64,000 nucleotides of DNA. Origin: Azolla caroliniana. Its lineage: Eukaryota > Plantae > Polypodiophyta. The notes under the pieces are model-generated. The model worked only from the letters and a program-made list of their open reading frames with translations, did no database searches and was not told the DNA's origin. The stretch covers positions 571,045 to 635,044 of the forward strand of contig JBHGNT010000023.1 of NCBI GenBank assembly GCA_043228905.1. The letters are read 5' to 3'. How positions within the stretch are numbered: the stretch's first letter is position 1; every line of letters begins with the position of its first letter. This document shows positions 54,401 through 64,000 of the stretch, in pieces. The translations under genes and the position numbers were made by a program.

Positions 54401-57013
54401 GTGATATCGGATTTTTGTGTTCAGAGATGCGAATCGAAGCTAACAACACTAGCTATGATATGGAATTAAAAAATCAAGGTCGAGAGACATGACGAAATTA
54501 GTAAATTAGAGGAGGGTGTTGACAAGAGCGCATGAGTAAATTAAAATGTTCATACCTGGCTCTTGTGATATCGGATTTTAGTGTTCAAAGATGCCAATTG
54601 AAGCTAACAACACTAGCTATGATATGGAATTAAAAAATCAAGATTTCGAAACTTGGGTCGAGAGACATGAAGAAATTAGTAAATTAGGGGAGGGAGTTGA
54701 GAAGAGCGCGTGAGTAAATTAAAATGTTCATAGCTGGCTCGTGTGATATCGGATTTTTGTGTTCAAACATGCGAATCGAAGCTAACAAAACTTGCTATGA
54801 TATGGAATCAAAAAATCAAGATTTTGAAACTCAGGTCGAGAGACATGAAGAAATTAGTAAATTAGGGGAGGGAGTTGAGAAGAGCGCGTGAGTAAATTAA
54901 AATGTTCATACCTGGCTCGTGTGATACCGGATTTTTGTGGTCAAAGATGCGAATCGAAGCTAACAACACTAGCTATGATATGGAATTAAAATATCAAGAT
55001 TTTGAAACTCAGGTCGAGAGACATGAAGAAATTAGTAAATTAGGGGAGGGAGTTGACAAGAGCGCGAGAGTAAATTAAAATGTTCATACCTGGCTCGTGT
55101 GATCCCGGATTTTTGTGTTCAAACAGGCGAATCGAAGCTAACAACACTTGCTATGATATGGAATTAAAAAATCAAGATTTTGAAACTCAGGTCGAGAGAC
55201 ATCAAGAAATTAGTAAAGTAGGGGAGGGAATTGAGAAGAGCGCGTGAGTAAATTAAAATGTTCATAGCTGGCTCGTGTGATATCGGATTTTAGTTTTCAA
55301 ACATGCGAATCGAAGCTAACAACACTAGCTATGATATGGAATTAAAAAATCAATATTTTGAAACTTAGGTCGAGAGACATGAAGAAATTAGTAAATTAGA
55401 GGAGGGTGTTGACGAAAGCGCGTGAGTAAATTAAAATGTTCATAGCTGGCTCGTGTGATATCGGATTTTAGTGTTCAAACATGCGAATCGAAGCTAACAA
55501 CACTAGCTATAATAAGGAATGAAAAAATCAAGATTTTGAAACTCAGGTCGAAAGATATGAAGAAATTAGTAAATTAGGGGAGGGAGTTGAGAAGAGCGCG
55601 TGAGTAAATTAAAATGTTCATAGCTGGCTCGTGTGATATCGGATTTTTGTGTTCAAATATGCGAATCGAAGCTAACAACACTTGCTATTATATGGAATTA
55701 AAAAATCAAGATTTCGAAACTTGGGTCGAGAGACATGAAGAAATTAGTAAAGTAGGGGAGGGAGTTGAGAAGAGCGCGTGAGTAAATTAAAATGTTCATA
55801 GCTGGCTCTTGTGATATCGGATTTTAGTGTTCAAAGATGCCAATCGAAGCTAACAACACTAGCTATGATATGGAATTAAAAAATCAAAATTTGGAAACTT
55901 GGGTCGAGAGACATGAAGAAATTAGTAAATTAGGGGAGGGAGTTGAGAAGAGCGCGTGAGTAAATTAAAATGTTCATAGCTGGCTCGTGTGATATCGGAT
56001 TTTTGTGTTCAAACATGCGAATCGAAGCTAACAACACTTGCTATGATATGGAATTAAACAATCAAGATTTTGAACCTCAGGTCGAGAGACATGAAGAAAT
56101 TAGTAAAGTAGGGGAGGGAGTTGAGAAGAGCGCGTGAGTAAATTAAAATGTTCATAGCTGGCTCGTGTGATATCGGATTTTAGTGTTCAAACATGCGAAT
56201 CGAAGCTAACAACACTAACTATGATATGGAATTAAAAAATCAAGATTTTGAAACTTGGGTCGAGAGATATCAAGAAATTAGTAAATAAGGGGAGGGAGTT
56301 TAGAAGAGCGCTTGAGTAAATTAAAATTTTCATAACTGGCTCGTGTGATATCGGATTTTTGTGTTCAAACATGCGAATCGAAGCTAACAACACTAGCTAT
56401 GATAAGGAATGAAAAAATCAAGATTTTGAAACTCAGGTCGTGAGACATGAAGATATTAGTAAATTAGCGGAGGGAGTTGAAAAGAGCGCGTGAGTAAATT
56501 AAAATGTTCATAGCTGGCTCGTGTGATCCCGGATTTTTATGTTCAAAGATGCGAATCGAAGCTAACAACACTTGCTATGATATGGAATTAAAAAATCAAG
56601 ATTTTGAAACTCAGGACGAGAGACATCAAGAAATTAGTAAAGTAGGGGAGGGAGTTGAGAAGAGCGCGTGAGTAAATTAAAATGTTCATAGCTGGCTCGT
56701 GTTATATCGGATTTTAGTGTTCAAACATGCGAATCGAAGCTAACAACACTAGCTATGATATGGAATTAAAAAATCAATATTTTGAAACTTAGGTCGAGAG
56801 ACATGAAGAAATTAGTAAATTAGAGGAGGGTGTTGACGAGAGCGCGTGAGTAAATTAAAATGTTCATAGCTGGCTCGTGTGATATCGGATTTTAGTGTTC
56901 AAACATGCGAATCGAAGCTAACAACACTAGCTATGATAAGGAATGAAAAAATCAAGATTTTGAAACTCAGGTCGAAAGATATGAAGAAATTAGTAAATTA
57001 GGGGAGGGAGTTG

Positions 57014-60000
57014 TAGGGTTTAGGGTTTAGGGTTTAGGGTTTAAGGGTTTAGGGTTTAGGGTTTAGGGTTTAGGGTTTAGGGTTTAGGGTTTAGGGTTTA
57101 GGGTTTAGGGTTTAGGGTTTAGGGTTTAGGGTTTAGGGTTTAGGGTTTAGGGTTTAGGGTTTAGGGTTTAGGGTTTAGGGTTTAGGGTTTAGGGTTTAGG
57201 GTTTAGGGTTTAGGGTTTAGGGTTTAGGGTTTAGGGTTTAGGGTTTAGGGTTTAGGGTTTAGGGTTTAGGGTTTAGGGTTTAGGGTTTAGGGTTTAGGGT
57301 TTAGGGTTTAGGGTTTAGGGTTTAGGGTTTAGGGTTTAGGGTTTAGGGTTTAGGGTTTAGGGTTTAGGGTTTAGGGTTTAGGGTTTAGGGTTTAGGGTTT
57401 AGGGTTTAGGGTTTAGGGTTTAGGGTTTAGGGTTTAGGGTTTAGGGTTTAGGGTTTAGGGTTTAGGGTTTAGGGTTTAGGGTTTAGGGTTTAGGGTTTAG
57501 GGTTTAGGGTTTAGGGTTTAGGGTTTAGGGTTTAGGGTTTAGGGTTTAGGGTTTAGGGTTTAGGGTTTAGGGTTTAGGGTTTAGGGTTTAGGGTTTAGGG
57601 TTTAGGGTTTAGGGTTTAGGGTTTAGGGTTTAGGGTTTAGGGTTTAGGGTTTAGGGTTTAGGGTTTAGGGTTTAGGGTTTAGGGTTTAGGGTTTAGGGTT
57701 TAGGGTTTAGGGTTTAGGGTTTAGGGTTTAGGGTTTAGGGTTTAGGGTTTAGGGTTTAGGGTTTAGGGTTTAGGGTTTAGGGTTTAGGGTTTAGGGTTTA
57801 GGGTTTAGGGTTTAGGGTTTAGGGTTTAGGGTTTAGGGTTTAGGGTTTAGGGTTTAGGGTTTAGGGTTTAGGGTTTAGGGTTTAGGGTTTAGGGTTTAGG
57901 GTTTAGGGTTTAGGGTTTAGGGTTTAGGGTTTAGGGTTTAGGGTTTAGGGTTTAGGGTTTAGGGTTTAGGGTTTAGGGTTTAGGGTTTAGGGTTTAGGGT
58001 TTAGGGTTTAGGGTTTAGGGTTTAGGGTTTAGGGTTTAGGGTTTAGGGTTTAGGGTTTTAGGGTTTTAGGGTTTTAGGGTTTTAGGGTTTTAGGGTTTTA
58101 GGGTTTTAGGGTTTTAGGGTTTTAGGGTTTTAGGGTTTTAGGGTTTTAGGGTTTTAGGGTTTTAGGGTTTTAGGGTTTTAGGGTTTTAGGGTTTAGGGTT
58201 TAGGGTTTAGGGTTTAGGGTTTAGGGTTTAGGGTTTAGGGTTTAGGGTTTAGGGTTTAGGGTTTAGGGTTTAGGGTTTAGGGTTTAGGGTTTAGGGTTTA
58301 GGGTTTAGGGTTTAGGGTTTAGGGTTTAGGGTTTAGGGTTTAGGGTTTAGGGTTTAGGGTTTAGGGTTTAGGGTTTAGGGTTTAGGGTTTAGGGTTTAGG
58401 GTTTAGGGTTTAGGGTTTAGGGTTTAGGGTTTAGGGTTTAGGGTTTAGGGTTTAGGGTTTAGGGTTTAGGGTTTAGGGTTTAGGGTTTAGGGTTTAGGGT
58501 TTAGGGTTTAGGGTTTAGGGTTTAGGGTTTAGGGTTTAGGGTTTAGGGTTTAGGGTTTAGGGTTTAGGGTTTAGGGTTTAGGGTTTAGGGTTTAGGGTTT
58601 AGGGTTTAGGGTTTAGGGTTTAGGGTTTAGGGTTTAGGGTTTAGGGTTTAGGGTTTAGGGTTTAGGGTTTAGGGTTTAGGGTTTAGGGTTTAGGGTTTAG
58701 GGTTTAGGGTTTAGGGTTTAGGGTTTAGGGTTTAGGGTTTAGGGTTTAGGGTTTAGGGTTTAGGGTTTAGGGTTTAGGGTTTAGGGTTTAGGGTTTAGGG
58801 TTTAGGGTTTAGGGTTTAGGGTTTAGGGTTTAGGGTTTAGGGTTTAGGGTTTAGGGTTTAGGGTTTAGGGTTTAGGGTTTAGGGTTTAGGGTTTAGGGTT
58901 TAGGGTTTAGGGTTTAGGGTTTAGGGTTTAGGGTTTAGGGTTTAGGGTTTAGGGTTTAGGGTTTAGGGTTTAGGGTTTAGGGTTTAGGGTTTAGGGTTTA
59001 GGGTTTAGGGTTTAGGGTTTAGGGTTTAGGGTTTAGGGTTTAGGGTTTAGGGTTTAGGGTTTAGGGTTTAGGGTTTAGGGTTTAGGGTTTAGGGTTTAGG
59101 GTTTAGGGTTTAGGGTTTAGGGTTTAGGGTTTAGGGTTTAGGGTTTAGGGTTTAGGGTTTAGGGTTTAGGGTTTAGGGTTTAGGGTTTAGGGTTTAGGGT
59201 TTAGGGTTTAGGGTTTAGGGTTTAGGGTTTAGGGTTTAGGGTTTAGGGTTTAGGGTTTAGGGTTTAGGGTTTAGGGTTTAGGGTTTAGGGTTTAGGGTTT
59301 AGGGTTTAGGGTTTAGGGTTTAGGGTTTAGGGTTTAGGGTTTAGGGTTTAGGGTTTAGGGTTTAGGGTTTAGGGTTTAGGGTTTAGGGTTTAGGGTTTAG
59401 GGTTTAGGGTTTAGGGTTTAGGGTTTAGGGTTTAGGGTTTAGGGTTTAGGGTTTAGGGTTTAGGGTTTAGGGTTTAGGGTTTAGGGTTTAGGGTTTAGGG
59501 TTTAGGGTTTAGGGTTTAGGGTTTAGGGTTTAGGGTTTAGGGTTTAGGGTTTAGGGTTTAGGGTTTAGGGTTTAGGGTTTAGGGTTTAGGGTTTAGGGTT
59601 TAGGGTTTAGGGTTTAGGGTTTAGGGTTTAGGGTTTAGGGTTTAGGGTTTAGGGTTTAGGGTTTAGGGTTTAGGGTTTAGGGTTTAGGGTTTAGGGTTTA
59701 GGGTTTAGGGTTTAGGGTTTAGGGTTTAGGGTTTAGGGTTTAGGGTTTAGGGTTTAGGGTTTAGGGTTTAGGGTTTAGGGTTTAGGGTTTAGGGTTTAGG
59801 GTTTAGGGTTTAGGGTTTAGGGTTTAGGGTTTAGGGTTTAGGGTTTAGGGTTTAGGGTTTAGGGTTTAGGGTTTAGGGTTTAGGGTTTAGGGTTTAGGGT
59901 TTAGGGTTTAGGGTTTAGGGTTTAGGGTTTAGGGTTTAGGGTTTAGGGTTTAGGGTTTAGGGTTTAGGGTTTAGGGTTTAGGGTTTAGGGTTTAGGGTTT

Positions 60001-63000
60001 AGGGTTTAGGGTTTAGGGTTTAGGGTTTAGGGTTTAGGGTTTAGGGTTTAGGGTTTAGGGTTTAGGGTTTAGGGTTTAGGGTTTAGGGTTTAGGGTTTAG
60101 GGTTTAGGGTTTAGGGTTTAGGGTTTAGGGTTTAGGGTTTAGGGTTTAGGGTTTAGGGTTTAGGGTTTAGGGTTTAGGGTTTAGGGTTTAGGGTTTAGGG
60201 TTTAGGGTTTAGGGTTTAGGGTTTAGGGTTTAGGGTTTAGGGTTTAGGGTTTAGGGTTTAGGGTTTAGGGTTTAGGGTTTAGGGTTTAGGGTTTAGGGTT
60301 TAGGGTTTAGGGTTTAGGGTTTAGGGTTTAGGGTTTAGGGTTTAGGGTTTAGGGTTTAGGGTTTAGGGTTTAGGGTTTAGGGTTTAGGGTTTAGGGTTTA
60401 GGGTTTAGGGTTTAGGGTTTAGGGTTTAGGGTTTAGGGTTTAGGGTTTAGGGTTTAGGGTTTAGGGTTTAGGGTTTAGGGTTTAGGGTTTAGGGTTTAGG
60501 GTTTAGGGTTTAGGGTTTAGGGTTTAGGGTTTAGGGTTTAGGGTTTAGGGTTTAGGGTTTAGGGTTTAGGGTTTAGGGTTTAGGGTTTAGGGTTTAGGGT
60601 TTAGGGTTTAGGGTTTAGGGTTTAGGGTTTAGGGTTTAGGGTTTAGGGTTTAGGGTTTAGGGTTTAGGGTTTAGGGTTTAGGGTTTAGGGTTTAGGGTTT
60701 AGGGTTTAGGGTTTAGGGTTTAGGGTTTAGGGTTTAGGGTTTAGGGTTTAGGGTTTAGGGTTTAGGGTTTAGGGTTTAGGGTTTAGGGTTTAGGGTTTAG
60801 GGTTTAGGGTTTAGGGTTTAGGGTTTAGGGTTTAGGGTTTAGGGTTTAGGGTTTAGGGTTTAGGGTTTAGGGTTTAGGGTTTAGGGTTTAGGGTTTAGGG
60901 TTTAGGGTTTAGGGTTTAGGGTTTAGGGTTTAGGGTTTAGGGTTTAGGGTTTAGGGTTTAGGGTTTAGGGTTTAGGGTTTAGGGTTTAGGGTTTAGGGTT
61001 TAGGGTTTAGGGTTTAGGGTTTAGGGTTTAGGGTTTAGGGTTTAGGGTTTAGGGTTTAGGGTTTAGGGTTTAGGGTTTAGGGTTTAGGGTTTAGGGTTTA
61101 GGGTTTAGGGTTTAGGGTTTAGGGTTTAGGTTTAGGGTTTAGGGTTTAGGGTTTAGGGTTTAGGGTTTAGGGTTTAGGGTTTAGGGTTTAGGGTTTAGGG
61201 TTTAGGGTTTAGGGTTTAGGGTTTAGGGTTTAGGGTTTAGGGTTTAGGGTTTAGGGTTTAGGGTTTAGGGTTTAGGGTTTAGGTTTAGGGTTTAGGGTTT
61301 AGGGTTTAGGGTTTAGGGTTTAGGGTTTAGGGTTTAGGGTTTAGGGTTTAGGGTTTAGGGTTTAGGGTTTAGGGTTTAGGGTTTAGGGTTTAGGGTTTAG
61401 GGTTTAGGGTTTAGGGTTTAGGGTTTAGGGTTTAGGGTTTAGGGTTTAGGGTTTAGGGTTTAGGGTTTAGGGTTTAGGGTTTAGGGTTTAGGGTTTAGGG
61501 TTTAGGGTTTAGGGTTTAGGGTTTAGGGTTTAGGGTTTAGGGTTTAGGGTTTAGGGTTTAGGGTTTAGGGTTTAGGGTTTAGGGTTTAGGGTTTAGGGTT
61601 TAGGGTTTAGGGTTTAGGGTTTAGGGTTTAGGGTTTAGGGTTTAGGGTTTAGGGTTTAGGGTTTAGGGTTTAGGGTTTAGGGTTTAGGGTTTAGGGTTTA
61701 GGGTTTAGGGTTTAGGGTTTAGGGTTTAGGGTTTAGGGTTTAGGGTTTAGGGTTTAGGGTTTAGGGTTTAGGGTTTAGGGTTTAGGGTTTAGGGTTTAGG
61801 GTTTAGGGTTTAGGGTTTAGGGTTTAGGGTTTAGGGTTTAGGGTTTAGGGTTTAGGGTTTAGGGTTTAGGGTTTAGGGTTTAGGGTTTAGGGTTTAGGGT
61901 TTAGGGTTTAGGGTTTAGGGTTTAGGGTTTAGGGTTTAGGGTTTAGGGTTTAGGGTTTAGGGTTTAGGGTTTAGGGTTAGGGTTTAGGGTTTAGGGTTTA
62001 GGGTTTAGGGTTTAGGGTTTAGGGTTTAGGGTTTAGGGTTTAGGGTTTAGGGTTTAGGGTTTAGGGTTTAGGGTTTAGGGTTTAGGGTTTAGGGTTTAGG
62101 GTTTAGGGTTTAGGGTTTAGGGTTTAGGGTTTAGGGTTTAGGGTTTAGGGTTTAGGGTTTAGGGTTTAGGGTTTAGGGTTTAGGGTTTAGGGTTTAGGGT
62201 TTAGGGTTTAGGGTTTAGGGTTTAGGGTTTAGGGTTTAGGGTTTAGGGTTTAGGGTTTAGGGTTTAGGGTTTAGGGTTTAGGGTTTAGGGTTTAGGGTTT
62301 AGGGTTTAGGGTTTAGGGTTTAGGGTTTAGGGTTTAGGGTTTAGGGTTTAGGGTTTAGGGTTTAGGGTTTAGGGTTTAGGGTTTAGGGTTTAGGGTTTAG
62401 GGTTTAGGGTTTAGGGTTTAGGGTTTAGGGTTTAGGGTTTAGGGTTTAGGGTTTAGGGTTTAGGGTTTAGGGTTTAGGGTTTAGGGTTTAGGGTTTAGGG
62501 TTTAGGGTTTAGGGTTTAGGGTTTAGGGTTTAGGGTTTAGGGTTAGGGTTTAGGGTTTAGGGTTTAGGGTTTAGGGTTTAGGGTTTAGGGTTTAGGGTTT
62601 AGGGTTTAGGGTTTAGGGTTTAGGGTTTAGGGTTTAGGGTTTAGGGTTTAGGGTTTAGGGTTTAGGGTTTAGGGTTTAGGGTTTAGGGTTTAGGGTTTAG
62701 GGTTTAGGGTTTAGGGTTTAGGGTTTAGGGTTTAGGGTTTAGGGTTTAGGGTTTAGGGTTTAGGGTTTAGGGTTTAGGGTTTAGGGTTTAGGTTTAGGGT
62801 TTAGGGTTTAGGGTTTAGGGTTTAGGTTTAGGGTTTAGGGTTTAGGGTTTAGGGTTTAGGGTTTAGGGTTTAGGGTTTAGGGTTTAGGGTTTAGGGTTTA
62901 GGGTTTAGGGTTTAGGGTTTAGGGTTTAGGGTTTAGGTTTAGGGTTTAGGGTTTAGGGTTTAGGGTTTAGGGTTTAGGGTTTAGGGTTTAGGGTTTAGGG

Positions 63001-63984
63001 TTTAGGGTTTAGGGTTTAGGGTTTAGGGTTTAGGGTTAGGGTTTAGGGTTTAGGGTTTAGGGTTTAGGGTTTAGGGTTTAGGGTTTAGGGTTTAGGGTTT
63101 AGGGTTTAGGGTTTAGGGTTTAGGGTTTAGGGTTTAGGGTTTAGGGTTTAGGGTTTAGGGTTTAGGGTTTAGGGTTAGGGTTTAGGGTTTAGGGTTTAGG
63201 GTTAGGGTTTAGGGTTTAGGGTTTAGGGTTTAGGGTTTAGGGTTTAGGGTTTAGGGTTTAGGGTTTAGGGTTTAGGGTTTTAGGGTTTAGGGTTTAGGGT
63301 TTAGGGTTTAGGGTTTAGGGTTTAGGGTTTAGGTAGGTTTAGGGTTTAGGGTTAGGGTTTAGGGTTTAGGGTTTAGGGTTTAGGGTTTTAGGGTTTAGGG
63401 TTTAGGGTTTAGGGTTTAGGGTTTAGGGTTTAGGGTTTAGGGTTTAGGGTTTAGGGTTTAGGGTTTAGGGTTTAGGGTTTTAGGGTTTAGGGTTTAGGGT
63501 TTAGGTTTAGGGTTTAGGGTTTAGGGTTTAGGGTTTAGGGTTTAGGGTTTAGGGTTTAGGGTTTAGGGTTTAGGGTTTAGGGTTTAGGGTTTAGGGGTTT
63601 AGGGTTTAGGGTTTAGGGTTTAGGGTTTAGGGTTTAGGGTTTAGGGTTTAGGGTTTAGGGTTTTAGGGTTTAGGGTTTAGGGTTTAGGGTTTAGGGTTTA
63701 GGGTTTAGGGTTTAGGGTTTAGGGTTTAGGGTTTAGGGTTTAGGTTAGGGTTTAGGGTTTAGGGTTTAGGGTTTAGGGTTTAGGTTTAGGGTTTAGGGTT
63801 TAGGGTTTAGGGTTTAGGGTTTAGGGTTTAGGGTTTAGGGTTTAGGGTTTAGGGTTTAGGGTTTAGGGTTTAGGGTTTAGGGTTTAGGTTAGGGTTTAGG
63901 GTTTAGGGTTTAGGGTTTAGGGTTTAGGGTTTAGGGTTTAGGGTTTAGGGTTTAGGGTTTAGGGTTTAGGGTTTAGGGTTTAGG
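57014..63984 (+). repeat. Telomere, Arabidopsis-type (TTTAGGG)n, ~7.0 kb
   Basis: Nearly pure TTTAGGG repeats with the G-rich strand running 5'->3' toward the sequence end, as expected at a right-hand chromosome terminus. It ends at an adapter sequence. Confidence 0.98.
58056..58191 (+). repeat. Block of 17 consecutive TTTTAGGG (Chlamydomonas-type) variant telomere repeats
   Basis: 136 bp = 17 x 8 bp perfect TTTTAGGG, flanked on both sides by perfect TTTAGGG. Confidence 0.93.
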
Positions 63985-64000
63985 AGTACTCTGCGTTGAT
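63985..64000 (-). other. Library adapter remnant (SMART-type / PacBio ultra-low-input amplification adapter)
   Basis: AGTACTCTGCGTTGAT is the reverse complement of ATCAACGCAGAGTACT, the 3' end of AAGCAGTGGTATCAACGCAGAGTAC(T). Confidence 0.93.

Larger units (their letters stand above)
1..57013 (+). repeat. Tandem satellite array, 178-bp monomer (~325 copies), telomere-adjacent (subtelomeric or telocentric-centromeric)
   Basis: AATTAAAATG recurs at 1, 179, 357... (period 178). Approximate consensus: AATTAAAATGTTCATAGCTGGCTCGTGTGATATCGGATTTTWGTGTTCAAASATGCGAATCGAAGCTAACAACACTAGCTATGATATGGAATTAAAAAATCAAGATTTTGAAACTYRGGTCGAGAGACATGAAGAAATTAGTAAATTAGRGGAGGGAGTTGAGAAGAGCGCGTGAGTA. All copies are in one orientation and I saw no transposon insertions. 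The array is open at the left window edge. Confidence 0.98.

Noticed and set aside
1-57013. CRISPR-like array or bacterial repeat locus
   Set aside because: The whole 178-bp unit is repeated, there are no unique spacers or cas genes, and the context is a eukaryotic telomere.
1-57013. 5S rDNA, tRNA or snRNA tandem array
   Set aside because: No recognisable 5S, tRNA or snRNA sequence, and large internal deletions are tolerated and amplified.
58056-58191. Octamer block length (136 bp) equals the deletion-monomer length
   Set aside because: No sequence relationship or plausible mechanism; treated as coincidence.
63985-64000. Unique DNA beyond the telomere, implying an interstitial telomere or chromosome fusion
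   Set aside because: Exact 16-bp match to a library adapter.

Overview
This window is a eukaryotic chromosome end with no credible genes. Bases 1-57013 are an uninterrupted head-to-tail array of about 325 copies of a 178-bp AT-rich satellite. The array shows nested higher-order duplications and several amplified structural variants: two independent 136-bp deletion monomers, a 151-bp monomer, a 164-bp monomer, and 11 copies of a 179-bp monomer in which 23 bp of satellite are replaced by 24 bp of telomeric repeat. At 57013/57014 the last monomer is cut inside its G-rich segment and joins directly to about 7 kb of Arabidopsis-type (TTTAGGG)n telomere. The telomere contains a pure block of 17 TTTTAGGG octamers (58056-58191). 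The last 16 bp (63985-64000) are an untrimmed SMART-type/PacBio ultra-low-input amplification adapter. The organism cannot be identified from the sequence: TTTAGGG is typical of land plants but also occurs in green algae, oomycetes and some apicomplexans. All coordinates and counts were read by eye and should be confirmed computationally.
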